Positions 27,103-37,573 of a stretch of DNA of 64,000 nucleotides are shown here, in pieces (position 1 is the first letter of the stretch; each line of letters starts with the position of its first letter). The notes under the pieces are model-generated. The model did no database searches and was not told where the DNA came from. It was given only the letters and a program-made list of their open reading frames with translations. Source of the DNA: a virus; IMG/VR virus record IMGVR_UViG_3300025133_000028; one strand, written 5' to 3'. A program made the position numbers and the translations under genes.

Positions 27103-27602
27103 GTTTTACAGAGGATATTCGAGTAGGTACGGCAGGCGAAAGATTTATCAAAAAATTATTCAAGATGCATAAAGTCGATGTAGAATTTGGCAAAGACAAA
27201 AAACACCGCGAATCTTATGACTTGATTGGTAAGATTGGAAGAAGTAAATTAACCATAGAAGTTAAATTTGACAAGATGGCAGAAAAGACTGGAAATCTTG
27301 CAATTGAATACCACAACCCCAAATCTGGAAAACCAAGTGGAATTAGCGTAACTAAAGCTAAACTGTGGGCACACGTTGTTCTTGACTGTGGACATATGAC
27401 AGCTTGGTTGGCGTCTACTAAAGAATTGAAAGCATACATTGAAATGTACGAACCTAGAAAAATGGTCTTCTTTGGTGGCGATAAGAACGCTAATTTGTAT
27501 TTGTATGAAGATATACATATCCTTAAAACCGTTTTTAATCGTATTGATACAATATTTGATGAAAGTAAATTTCAAAAACTAGTCAAAAAACTCATAAAAT
27601 AA
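27099..27602 (+). CDS. PD-(D/E)XK family nuclease
   Basis: YDL...IEVKFD....TGNLAIEY...GKPSGI..TKA. Confidence 0.7.
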   Translation: MSFTEDIRVGTAGERFIKKLFKMHKVDVEFGKDKKHRESYDLIGKIGRSKLTIEVKFDKMAEKTGNLAIEYHNPKSGKPSGISVTKAKLWAHVVLDCGHMTAWLASTKELKAYIEMYEPRKMVFFGGDKNANLYLYEDIHILKTVFNRIDTIFDESKFQKLVKKLIK

Positions 27603-27614
27603 CAAGGAAAAACA

Positions 27615-28418
27615 ATGAACTTCAACGACTTCATCTTCTACGATTTTGAAACAGGCAGCAAAAGTGCTCGCAAATGCCAACCTTTACAATTGGCTGCTGT
27701 GGTTATTGATGCTAGAAAACTAACAATCAGACCAAACAGTGTATTTAATACTTTAATTAAACCACTCAGCGATAGCCAAGCAGAAGCTTGTGGTATAGAC
27801 CCCGTAAGCGACGAAGCTTTAGAAGTCAATCATATTAAACGAGAAGACTTAAAAAGTGCTCCGTCTTGTAAACTAGCATGGTCTCAATTTGTAGAATATG
27901 TAAACAAGTACAACAGACGTAAAAATAGATGGGCAGCACCAATCAAAGCTGGTTACAACAATTGTAATTATGACGACATTATTCTAGACAGATTGTGTTG
28001 TGGACAATATTGTGGTAACATTACCATGACTAGAGATAGTTTTAAGACAGTCAAAAAAGGCCCGCATGACGAAGTTCATGTTAAAGACTATGTCCTAAAA
28101 GAACCGTATGGTTTTGGTCCGTCTGACGACGTATATGGAGGAGAGGCACTGTTTCATCCTTTTAACAACATCGACGTTATGAAAGAAGTCTTTAGTTGGA
28201 TTTATGAAAACGACAAAAAGGTTACGTCAATTAGTATGGATACTATGAGAGAGTATCTTGGTATGCCAGCAGACAAGGCACACGACGCGGAGTACGATGT
28301 CTTACAAGGTGCAGAAATGTTGGTTAGATTCTTAAAGCTTAAAAGAAACATCATGAAAAGCAGTATTGGTGTTAAGTTTAAAGGCACCTGTTCTGAGAGT
28401 AAGTTAGGAGTTTACTAA
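27615..28418 (+). CDS. DEDDh 3'-5' exonuclease (DnaQ-like)
   Basis: YDFETG, AGYN...YD, AHDAEYDV. Confidence 0.88.
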   Translation: MNFNDFIFYDFETGSKSARKCQPLQLAAVVIDARKLTIRPNSVFNTLIKPLSDSQAEACGIDPVSDEALEVNHIKREDLKSAPSCKLAWSQFVEYVNKYNRRKNRWAAPIKAGYNNCNYDDIILDRLCCGQYCGNITMTRDSFKTVKKGPHDEVHVKDYVLKEPYGFGPSDDVYGGEALFHPFNNIDVMKEVFSWIYENDKKVTSISMDTMREYLGMPADKAHDAEYDVLQGAEMLVRFLKLKRNIMKSSIGVKFKGTCSESKLGVY

Positions 28419-30079
28419 TGTGTGGCATATATGCTAGAGTTGGTACACATAAAATTAAAGAAAGTTGTCAAAGACTTAAAAAACTTTCCTATAGAGGATA
28501 TGACGCACATGGTTATCGCGTTGTGTGCAACGGTGGTCTTTATGCATATACTCATAAGAGACTGGGAGAAATAAAACCCACTGGTGGTGCTGATGCTCAA
28601 TTATTTTTAGGACACACTAGGTGGGCTACTAGTGGCACCAACCATGAGGAACTAGCACATCCACACAATTTTGACAACAACTATATAGTACATAACGGAA
28701 TATTAAACTGTCCACCAGATAACCAAGCTGTAGAAACAGATTCTCAAATCATACCTGTTTTGATAAATAAATATATTACAGATGAAAAATCTATAGACGC
28801 TTTAGAATTGGCTTTAAAAGAACTATATAAGTACAATACAGAAATAGGAGCTATAGTCTACTACGATGAAACACATGGTCACACAAAAGAACTGATTGTT
28901 TATACTGATTCTTTACCTCTGTTTACAAATTGTCGTGGGGTTGTGGCATCCGATACTTCTGCGTTTGAAGACGATGAAAACATATATGCCGTTCCAAAAC
29001 ACATAGCTTTCACTCTTACTGAAGAAGGTCTAATTGATAATGGTCTTGTGGCTATAGGTCTAGAAAAAGCATCAAGGAAAAAATCTGATAAAACCAAGCA
29101 TACGGAAAATTTCACACTAAACGAGATTGCAGAACAGGCGGATTTAATCAAAGAAATAGAACAACGCAATGTTAGTCCTTTGACAGATTTGATATACTCT
29201 GACCGTAGGATTATGACAATTGCTTGTGGTAGTAGTCATTATGCGGGAATGTTAGGCGGCTTATATTTAGGTAACACGGGCGTAAGGTGTAATCAGAGAT
29301 ACGCAAGCGAAATACAAGACGGTCTTTACTATTCTGACGAGTATACAACCCATATGCTGATTTCTCAGAGTGGTGAGACAAAAGACGTGATAGATTCCGC
29401 CAAAATAATCAAAAAAGGCTTTGCGTTAATTAACAGGAGTAACAGTTCTTTATCTCATATTTTTCCTTCATATATGATGGGCGTAGGCGAAGAAATTGGC
29501 GTTGCTGCAACTAAGTCTTTTATGGCTACAGCTTTATTGATGTATAAATGCGGACATATTACATCTTTTAAAAATCTAGCGACCTGTGTCAGAGATTTGA
29601 CAAGTCCACAAACTTCGGGTATTATTAAAGGGTACGCGAAGCAGTTTAAAAATTATCGCAATATGCTGATTCTGGGAACAGGACTGAATTACCCAATCGC
29701 TCTTGAAGCGGCGTTGAAAATTAAAGAAGTATCTTATATCCATGCAGAGGGTATGCCTTCGTCAGAAATTAAACATGGTCCATTAGCTCTTATAGATGAT
29801 GATACGTTGTCTGTATGTATAGTTGACAAGACAGACCCTAAAGTAGTGGAATCAATCAGAAATATAGAACAGATTAAAACCCGTGGTGGTGAAGTATTAG
29901 TCATTGGCAACAATAATTATACAAGTAAAAATCAAATATTAACTATACCATGTGACAATAAAGACCTACAACCTTTGGTTAATTTGGTTGTACTACAATT
30001 GTTTGCATGTTATTTAGCTGAAGCCAAAGGATTAAATGTAGACAAACCAAGGAATTTAGCTAAGTCGGTGACTGTATGA
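28418..30079 (+). CDS. glmS: glutamine--fructose-6-phosphate aminotransferase
   Basis: MCGI, YRGYD, GHTRWAT, HNG, CGSS, SQSGET, GVAATKSF, EAALKIKEVSYIHAEG, KHGP, KPRNLAKSVTV. Confidence 0.95.
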   Translation: MCGIYARVGTHKIKESCQRLKKLSYRGYDAHGYRVVCNGGLYAYTHKRLGEIKPTGGADAQLFLGHTRWATSGTNHEELAHPHNFDNNYIVHNGILNCPPDNQAVETDSQIIPVLINKYITDEKSIDALELALKELYKYNTEIGAIVYYDETHGHTKELIVYTDSLPLFTNCRGVVASDTSAFEDDENIYAVPKHIAFTLTEEGLIDNGLVAIGLEKASRKKSDKTKHTENFTLNEIAEQADLIKEIEQRNVSPLTDLIYSDRRIMTIACGSSHYAGMLGGLYLGNTGVRCNQRYASEIQDGLYYSDEYTTHMLISQSGETKDVIDSAKIIKKGFALINRSNSSLSHIFPSYMMGVGEEIGVAATKSFMATALLMYKCGHITSFKNLATCVRDLTSPQTSGIIKGYAKQFKNYRNMLILGTGLNYPIALEAALKIKEVSYIHAEGMPSSEIKHGPLALIDDDTLSVCIVDKTDPKVVESIRNIEQIKTRGGEVLVIGNNNYTSKNQILTIPCDNKDLQPLVNLVVLQLFACYLAEAKGLNVDKPRNLAKSVTV

Positions 30080-30181
30080 ATAAAGAAGAGATAACAAAAT
30101 TGTTGGTATATACCTTGGACCATTGTCTTAATGGAGACAAGACTATTATCTTAGAAAAAAAAGATATGGACAAAATAATAA

Positions 30182-31990
30182 ATGACTGAATATTACGAAA
30201 TGTCGTGTGGTTGTAAGTTTCCGATTCAAGATGTTAAAAAAAGAGACAATTGTGATTCATTACCACCAATACAAATAGACTACGAAAATATTAGATATGA
30301 CTGTCCAGCTACTTGGGAACTCCTACAAAGCGGACAAACTAAAGGGGTCTTTCAATTAGAAACCAGACTTGGTCAAGGGTGGTCTAAAAAAATATCACCA
30401 GAAAATCTAGGTCACCTATCTGCTTTGGGTGCTTTGCTGCGTCCTGGTTGTTTGAAGTCTAAAATTTCTGGCAAGTCTATGACAGAACTATATGCAGATA
30501 GAAAAGCCGGATTAGAAAAGACAGAATATATCCACGAGTCATTAAAGTCTATATTGTCTTCGACACATGGTGTATTAACTTTTCAGGAGCAGGCTATGGC
30601 TATTGCTCAGAAACTAGCAGGGTTTAATCTACAAGAAGCTGATGTTTTGCGTAAAGCTATTGGTAAGAAAAAAGCCGATATTATGACGAAAGTTAAAAAA
30701 ACTTTCATGGACGGTTGTGCAAAAACTAAAGTAGTTCCTGTAGAAATTGCAGAACAGATTTTTGGCTGGATTCAAGAGTCACAAAAATATTCGTTCAATG
30801 CAAGCCATAGTTATTCGTATGGTATGATTGGCTACTGGACAGCTTATGCTAAAGCACATTTTCCACAACACTTTTTTACAGCATGGTTGTATTACGCTAA
30901 AGAAAAGATTGACCCGCACGCAGAGACCAAACAGTTAGTTGCTGATGCCAAAAATTTTGAAGTAGACATATGTCCTCCTTTGTTGGAGACAACAGAAAAA
31001 GGAGACCCTGGTGATTTTACTCTATATGAGAATAAAGTATACTTTGGTATTAGAAATGTTAAAAGAGTAGGCGATTCGCATATCAAAAAACTCCTTTCTC
31101 ACGTAGTGAGTAACGAAGAAGCATTAGACAAAGACATCAAAGATTTTAATTGGTATGAATTCCTGTGTTCTTTTGGTAGGCAAATCAACAAAAATACTAT
31201 CCAAGGTATCATGTCTGTCGGAGGGTTAGACGGACTTAATAAATCTAGAACTAGTATGTTATTTGAATATCATCTGTATACTAAATTAACTTCAAGAGAA
31301 AAAGAACTACTTAGTATACTAGGCGGATTTAGCCCAGAAGAAATCCAGGTAAAGGTTGATGGCGAATTATACGGTATAAACCCCGCAAGTCCTGATGTAA
31401 TCAATCAAATGAATATATTGGGTGTTAAAGCTGCTGCTAGGAAAAAAATTGCTTATGTGGCGGATTTATATAATTCTGACGAAAGATGCGACAATTTGCG
31501 AGACGGGTTGGTAATTTTATCTGAATGCGAGATAATATCTAAAAATAGACAAAATAAAATCGGTGAAATGATTATTTCTCTTGATGAACCTCCTCATTCC
31601 CTAGTTGATGATTCCAAATGGATAAATCGCACAGAGTCTGAACTTTTAGGTATTTCTATCACCTGTAGCAACCTAGATGTTGTTGACCAATCGTTTGCTG
31701 TTACTGCTACTTGTAAAGAATTTGTGGATGGACGTGTTGGACTAATGAGTTTAGGTGTAGAAATTAATGAAGTCAAAGAACACGTAATTAAAAAGAAGGG
31801 AAACATGGAAGGAATGACCATGGCGTTTTTGACCGTACAAGACGATTCGGGTGTGGTTGATTCTATTATTATGTTTCCAGATGCTTACGAAAGTTTTAAG
31901 CATTTATTATATCCAGAAAATACTGTCTTATTAGTCGGAGAGCGTTCTGACCGGGACTCTTTAATAGTAAAAAAGGTACGACAAATTTAA
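30182..31990 (+). CDS. dnaE: DNA polymerase III alpha, C-terminal half (fingers, HhH, OB)
   Basis: TKGVFQLE, LRPG, FQEQAM, ADVLRKAIGKKK, YSFNASHS, AKAHFP, MAFLTVQDDSG. Confidence 0.92.
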   Translation: MTEYYEMSCGCKFPIQDVKKRDNCDSLPPIQIDYENIRYDCPATWELLQSGQTKGVFQLETRLGQGWSKKISPENLGHLSALGALLRPGCLKSKISGKSMTELYADRKAGLEKTEYIHESLKSILSSTHGVLTFQEQAMAIAQKLAGFNLQEADVLRKAIGKKKADIMTKVKKTFMDGCAKTKVVPVEIAEQIFGWIQESQKYSFNASHSYSYGMIGYWTAYAKAHFPQHFFTAWLYYAKEKIDPHAETKQLVADAKNFEVDICPPLLETTEKGDPGDFTLYENKVYFGIRNVKRVGDSHIKKLLSHVVSNEEALDKDIKDFNWYEFLCSFGRQINKNTIQGIMSVGGLDGLNKSRTSMLFEYHLYTKLTSREKELLSILGGFSPEEIQVKVDGELYGINPASPDVINQMNILGVKAAARKKIAYVADLYNSDERCDNLRDGLVILSECEIISKNRQNKIGEMIISLDEPPHSLVDDSKWINRTESELLGISITCSNLDVVDQSFAVTATCKEFVDGRVGLMSLGVEINEVKEHVIKKKGNMEGMTMAFLTVQDDSGVVDSIIMFPDAYESFKHLLYPENTVLLVGERSDRDSLIVKKVRQI

Positions 31991-32503
31991 ATGTTCAAAA
32001 AACAAATAGACGAAATGCATGAAAAAGCAGGTTTTTTGGTTTATGTCACAGAAAACAAACACGGTTGTACAGCTATGTTCCCTTGTGCTGTTATAAGACA
32101 GTACAATTTTGATAAATTATGTAGAGAATATGTTATAAACAACAATCAACTAACCATCAAAGACAAGGATTATAAAGTAGAATACACATATAAGCCTTAT
32201 ATGATACGTGTTTTAATATTGTTAGATATTACAATTCAGGCTAGTTGTAGAGGAATTTCTAGTTCTCAGCTTTATTTTTCTAAAAACAAAGAAAAAAGAT
32301 TGACAAGAGGGCGAGAATCGGTATTATCTCTAATGAGCCCCCCAACAGATGAAAACGAACAAAAATTAGAAAACAAACTAAAACAACTATTTGACGCATT
32401 ATTGTTGGGTGATGGCTCACACGCAGAAGAATTGGCTCGCAAGTTTGACTTGCAAGATGGCTACAATGAAATTTTGATTCTATTTGAAAACGGAGGATTT
32501 TAA
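31991..32503 (+). CDS. hypothetical protein
   Basis: ORF in run; contains an internal TTGACA-N16-TATTAT at 32300-32327. Confidence 0.55.
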   Translation: MFKKQIDEMHEKAGFLVYVTENKHGCTAMFPCAVIRQYNFDKLCREYVINNNQLTIKDKDYKVEYTYKPYMIRVLILLDITIQASCRGISSSQLYFSKNKEKRLTRGRESVLSLMSPPTDENEQKLENKLKQLFDALLLGDGSHAEELARKFDLQDGYNEILILFENGGF

Positions 32504-32914
32504 ATGTTAAATTTAACAGGAACAGGAAGATTTACGGCTGACCCTGAATTGAGAACTACCAAAGACGGTGTTTCTGTATGTGATTTTGTGTTGGCTCACA
32601 ATGAGTATCGTAAAGACGCTAATGGAGAACGAAAGTCTTTTGCAGGATTTTTCAACTTTGTTATTTGGGACAAAGCAGCAGAAATTGTATGCAAGTATGC
32701 TAAAAAAGGTGACTTGATTGAAATTCGAGCTACACCTAGACAAGACAAGTGGGAAACTGAAGAAGGAGACAAGCGTTCCAAGATTGTTTTTCGTGTCGAT
32801 GCGTTCAACTTTATCTCAACAGGACGTAAGAATTCTGAAACGGAAACTAAAGCTGAAGAAACAAAGGAACCAGTAACACCAGCGGGAGAACCAATAGATG
32901 ACGCACCATTCTAG
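32504..32914 (+). CDS. ssb: single-stranded DNA-binding protein
   Basis: GRFTADPELR, WDKAAE, KKGD, acidic tail IDDAPF. Confidence 0.93.
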   Translation: MLNLTGTGRFTADPELRTTKDGVSVCDFVLAHNEYRKDANGERKSFAGFFNFVIWDKAAEIVCKYAKKGDLIEIRATPRQDKWETEEGDKRSKIVFRVDAFNFISTGRKNSETETKAEETKEPVTPAGEPIDDAPF

Positions 32915-33395
32915 TAATGGTGGTGCTCCAAATATAAGCGGACCTGACGATATTATTAAACTCAATATGGGACTAATAGTATCTCAGGTCCGCTCTTTTT
33001 GTGGACCACGACATAATGACTTTGAGGATTATATACAAATTGGATGTATGGCTGTTGTAAAATGTTATGATAGTTATGATGAAAGCAAAGCAAGATGGAC
33101 GACATATGCGTGTAGTTGTATCAGAAACGCTCTTAAAAATGAACTCAGAAAAAAACAACGAAACATTAAAACAGTTAATATAGACAACATAGACGAAGAA
33201 AAATGGTATTACGACACCAACATTAATGATTCCATTCCAGAAAACCTAGAAGACAACGAACGACAAATTCTAGATTTAAAAATAGCGGGTTATACTCGTA
33301 AAGAAATAGCAGAAATTACTGGGCAATCATCTAAAAGTGTAAGATATCAAATTACAAGACTTCTTAAAAAACTGAGGCAAATAAATGAAACCTAG
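32898..33395 (+). CDS. small sigma70-family RNA polymerase sigma factor (regions 2 and 4)
   Basis: NMGLI, EDYIQIG, WTTYACSCIRN, GYTRKEIAE HTH. Confidence 0.85.
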   Translation: MTHHSSNGGAPNISGPDDIIKLNMGLIVSQVRSFCGPRHNDFEDYIQIGCMAVVKCYDSYDESKARWTTYACSCIRNALKNELRKKQRNIKTVNIDNIDEEKWYYDTNINDSIPENLEDNERQILDLKIAGYTRKEIAEITGQSSKSVRYQITRLLKKLRQINET

Positions 33396-35016
33396 AATAT
33401 TAATGTGCAATGAAGCATCTTTTTTATCTACTGGTTACGCTACATATGGCAGAGAAGTTTTGAAAAGACTGTATGCTTCTGGTAGGTATGAAATAGCTGA
33501 ATTTGCTAGTTATGCAAAAAAAACAGATGTAAGACTAAATACTATTCCTTGGAGGGTATATTGTAATCTTCCAGACACAGAAGAAGAACAGCAAGCTTTT
33601 AATTCACAGCCAATTAATCAATTTGGTGCTTGGAGATTTGAACAAGTATGTTTGGATTTTAAACCACATTGCGTATTCAATATTTTAGATTGGTGGATGA
33701 TGTCTTTTCAAGAAGAAAGTCCTTTTAAAAAATGTTTTAAATGGGCAATCATGCCAACAGTAGACAGTGTTCCACAACACGAACAATGGTTAGCTACGTA
33801 TGCAAATGCAGATGCTGTTTTTACATATCAAGACTGGTCATATAAGGTTTTGGAAAAACAAGGAGGAGGTAACATCAATCTATTAGGCACAGCTTCTCCT
33901 GCTGCCGACGATTGTTATTTTCCTGTGGAGAACAAAGACGAAATCAAACAACAGCTAGGTATTGGTAACTACAAAGTAATCGGTACAATTATGCGAAATC
34001 AAAGACGTAAATTGTTTCCAGATTTATTTCAAGCTTTTCGCAAATTCTTAGACCAATCAAAAAAGAAAGACGTGCTGTTATATTGTCACACTAGCTATCC
34101 AGACAACGGGTGGGACATACCAAAAATACTTCTTGACAATGGTATAGCATCTAAGGTTTTATTTACTTACAAATGTAAAAGTTGTCAATCTGCATATCCA
34201 GCATTTTTTAGCGATGCTGTTTCTATATGTATTCAATGTGGTCAACCAACAGCCAGTCCGTGTAATGTACAAGATGGTGTATCCCCAGAGATAATGTCAA
34301 AGATTATTAACATTTTTGACTTATATGTACAGCCTGCTAATTCAGAAGGTTTGGGTATGCCTCAACTAGAAGCTGCAATGTGTGGTGTCCCAATAATGTC
34401 TACTAACTTTTCTGCTATGGAAGATGTTGTTAAAAAACTAAAAGGATATCCAATTCCTGTTGTCGGCTACCAATGGGAAGTAGAGACAGGATGTAAAAGA
34501 GCATTACCAGATATTGATTGGATGGCAAATAAATTTGAAGAGTTTTTTGACATGCCAAAAGCTATGCAATTAGCTAAAGGTAAACAAACAAGAAATTTAG
34601 CAGAAAAATATTCAAGTTGGGACCAAACAGCCGAAACATGGGCAAGCTTTTTTAACACAATTGATACAACACAAGCTGAACAACTATGGAAACTACCCCC
34701 AGATATTGCACAACCACATGCTGATATTGATAGTTCTCGTATGTCTAATAGAGAATATGTAAGATTTTTGATTACCAAAGTGTTATGTGATACTAGTAAA
34801 TTAGGTAGTTATCTAGAACTAAGAATGACCAGAGACTTAAATTGTCAACAAACAGAAATTGGTCGTACCAATCTTAGTTACATGAACGACGATTCTATGA
34901 TGGCTATTAAATCAGACTTTATTCCTTTTACTAGAGAAAACGCATATAATGCTATGGTTAATTCTCGTGATAAAATCAACCAATGGGAGCAAGCAAGACA
35001 TGCCAGCAACGCCTAA
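33385..35016 (+). CDS. GT-B (GT4-like) glycosyltransferase with Zn-ribbon insert
   Basis: STGYATY, RNQRRK, SEGLGMPQLEAAMCGVP. Confidence 0.88.
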   Translation: MKPRILMCNEASFLSTGYATYGREVLKRLYASGRYEIAEFASYAKKTDVRLNTIPWRVYCNLPDTEEEQQAFNSQPINQFGAWRFEQVCLDFKPHCVFNILDWWMMSFQEESPFKKCFKWAIMPTVDSVPQHEQWLATYANADAVFTYQDWSYKVLEKQGGGNINLLGTASPAADDCYFPVENKDEIKQQLGIGNYKVIGTIMRNQRRKLFPDLFQAFRKFLDQSKKKDVLLYCHTSYPDNGWDIPKILLDNGIASKVLFTYKCKSCQSAYPAFFSDAVSICIQCGQPTASPCNVQDGVSPEIMSKIINIFDLYVQPANSEGLGMPQLEAAMCGVPIMSTNFSAMEDVVKKLKGYPIPVVGYQWEVETGCKRALPDIDWMANKFEEFFDMPKAMQLAKGKQTRNLAEKYSSWDQTAETWASFFNTIDTTQAEQLWKLPPDIAQPHADIDSSRMSNREYVRFLITKVLCDTSKLGSYLELRMTRDLNCQQTEIGRTNLSYMNDDSMMAIKSDFIPFTRENAYNAMVNSRDKINQWEQARHASNA

Positions 35017-36115
35017 AGTTCTATTTGTAGGACATTATAGAGAACAATCAGGTTGGGGTAATGCCGCACAGGACTATATTTTGGCAATGGATAGGGCTGG
35101 CGTCGATGTTGTTCCTAGGCCAATTAAACTAAACAACGTTCAAGCAAAAGTACATCCTAGAATTTTAGCATTGGAACGTAACAGGTCACCACAAGATTGT
35201 GATGTTTGTATTCAAAACGTTTTACCACACTTTATGAAATACGATGGTAGATTCAAAAAGAATATTGGTATATGCTTTACAGAAACAACAGAAAGAGGAA
35301 TCAGTGATTGGCATGACCATATGGAATTAATGGATGAAATATGGGCTCCAAACAACGACATGCCTGCTCAATCAAACTTAAATGTTCCTGTTTATCCAAT
35401 TGGGGTTCCTTGTAATCCAAGTAAATATCATAACGAATATCCTGATATACCACAACTCTCTCAAGAGACGATGGGTAATTACGTATTTTATTACATTGGT
35501 GAATTTAGCAGAAAGAAAAATATTACAAGTATTTTAAGAGCGTTTCATTCTGAGTTCGACTTCGATGAACCAGTGTCTTTAGTTTTAAAGTGTAATAAAT
35601 TTGGCGTAGACCATACACAACTTGCTGAAGAAATCGCTGGCAATTGCACTAAAGTTAAAGAAAATCTTAAAAAGTATTCTGATTTAAATAGATACAAAAA
35701 AGAAATAACTATAACACAATATCTACAAGAAGACCAAATTATGTCTTTACACAATCAATTTGATTGTTTTGTAACAACCAGCTTTGGAGAAGGATGGTGT
35801 GTTCCTGCTTTTGATGCCTTGTCTATGGGAAACATGGTTTTAGCACCTAATTTTGGTGGACCAACAGACTATTTAAATGATAGAATTTCTGTACACAAAG
35901 AACCAGCTTTTGGTATGACAGAAACTTTTCCAGACATTTTTACTTGTAAAGAAAATTGGCACAGAATGGATATCTCCGCATTAATGAAAGGTATGAGAAA
36001 AATGTTCAATCAAGGAAAAAATAGCAATAAAACAACAAATGCGGGAATTATCGACGAATACAGTTATGACAATGTTGGCAATCTAATGAAAGAGTTGTTG
36101 GAGGGTTCGGTATGA
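35000..36115 (+). CDS. GT4-like glycosyltransferase
   Basis: SGWGNAA, RKKN, GEGWCVPAFDALSMG. Confidence 0.85.
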   Translation: MPATPKVLFVGHYREQSGWGNAAQDYILAMDRAGVDVVPRPIKLNNVQAKVHPRILALERNRSPQDCDVCIQNVLPHFMKYDGRFKKNIGICFTETTERGISDWHDHMELMDEIWAPNNDMPAQSNLNVPVYPIGVPCNPSKYHNEYPDIPQLSQETMGNYVFYYIGEFSRKKNITSILRAFHSEFDFDEPVSLVLKCNKFGVDHTQLAEEIAGNCTKVKENLKKYSDLNRYKKEITITQYLQEDQIMSLHNQFDCFVTTSFGEGWCVPAFDALSMGNMVLAPNFGGPTDYLNDRISVHKEPAFGMTETFPDIFTCKENWHRMDISALMKGMRKMFNQGKNSNKTTNAGIIDEYSYDNVGNLMKELLEGSV

Positions 36116-37119
36116 TAAATCCTATTAAGTCTATATTTAGACAATCTCATAGAAGTGATACATGTAAGTTAAACATTCTTTGTGGAGCAACCCACGAGAG
36201 AACGGAGACAAACATGGCGAAAACTGGACATAACTTTTATGCTATTGATGGAGAACATATTAAAGGATGGAATACTGACTTTGCTCCTATGCCTAGTAAT
36301 TACACCTTACTTAATAGTCCAGAACCACCTGCTTGGGTGGAGTTCGATTTGGTATTATCCCAGAATAAGTTTGGACAGTTTGAACCACTAAGTAATTTAG
36401 CTAGGCAAATGCACCTACCTTTAGTTAGTCTGGAACACACTTTACCTTTTATTGGCTGGTCAGAAGAACATGTAGAACATCTACGTAATTTACGTGGTGA
36501 TATTAATGTGTTTATTTCTGATTTTAGCATAAAAGAATGGGGATGGACAACAGAAAAAGACGATACCGTTGTTGTCACACATATGGTTGATACGGATTTA
36601 TTTAAACCATCTGACCACGACGTTAGAAATCAATACGGACTATCTGTGGTAAACGATTGGATAAATCGAGATTGGTGCTGTGGATTTAAAATTTGGCAAC
36701 GAGTCACAAAAGACATGCCTGTTAAAGTACGTGGCGATACCGAAGGATTATCAACGTCAACAAAGACTACGGCAGAGTTAATACAGGAATATCAACAAGC
36801 AAGTATTTTTGTCAATACGTCAACAATTAGTCCTGTTCCAACAGTTATGCTAGAAGCAATGGCGTGTGAATGTGCCGTTGTAACTACAGCAACGTGTATG
36901 ATTCCAGAGATTATTATTGATGGACACAATGGTTTTATCTCAAATGACGAAACAGAACTTAGAGAAAAATTTCAGTATTTATTAGATAACCCTAAAGTAG
37001 CAAGAGAGTTAGGACAAAACGCCAGAAAAACCATATTAAACAATTTTGCAGAAGATAGATATGTCAAACAATGGAACGACATATTCAATCAAGTCAAAAA
37101 CACAGTATTTACAGGATAA
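36112..37119 (+). CDS. GT4-like glycosyltransferase
   Basis: PTVMLEAMACECAVV, PEIIIDGHNGF. Confidence 0.88.
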   Translation: MINPIKSIFRQSHRSDTCKLNILCGATHERTETNMAKTGHNFYAIDGEHIKGWNTDFAPMPSNYTLLNSPEPPAWVEFDLVLSQNKFGQFEPLSNLARQMHLPLVSLEHTLPFIGWSEEHVEHLRNLRGDINVFISDFSIKEWGWTTEKDDTVVVTHMVDTDLFKPSDHDVRNQYGLSVVNDWINRDWCCGFKIWQRVTKDMPVKVRGDTEGLSTSTKTTAELIQEYQQASIFVNTSTISPVPTVMLEAMACECAVVTTATCMIPEIIIDGHNGFISNDETELREKFQYLLDNPKVARELGQNARKTILNNFAEDRYVKQWNDIFNQVKNTVFTG

Positions 37120-37123
37120 CAAA

Positions 37124-37573
37124 ATGAAAAAAGTAAGAATATCTGTCGGATTAAACCAACTAAACGGTTATGTGAATATTGACCCCTTACATGGTAAAAA
37201 TCCCGAAAACTTCGACGAAGACGTATTGCCATCGGAATGTAATGAAATAATTCTAGAAAACATCTTAGAATATATACCCCAAGAACAATTACCTAGCATG
37301 ATGGAATACTGGGTATCCAAAATGAGACATAAAGGAAAAATATCAGTAAAATTTACTAATTTGGCAGCTATATGCAGAAAATATTTGTATAATAGATTGA
37401 CGGCGGCTCAAATAAATGAATTACTATATGGTTCTGGACAACATGTGTGGGATGTTAGACGCGGGAATTATGAAGCTCAATACATAGAAGAGATATTACT
37501 ACATATGGGATTAGTCATAACAGGAAAAGAAATTTCTGGAACAGACGTATTATTAACTGCGGAGAGACCATGA
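37124..37573 (+). CDS. class I methyltransferase-like protein (degenerate)
   Basis: GYVNID...EIILENILEYI...GKI. Confidence 0.5.
   Translation: MKKVRISVGLNQLNGYVNIDPLHGKNPENFDEDVLPSECNEIILENILEYIPQEQLPSMMEYWVSKMRHKGKISVKFTNLAAICRKYLYNRLTAAQINELLYGSGQHVWDVRRGNYEAQYIEEILLHMGLVITGKEISGTDVLLTAERP

Noticed and set aside
26000-30300. Split intein or frameshift joining the dnaE halves
   Set aside because: No Hint motifs at either end and 4 kb of intact genes in between
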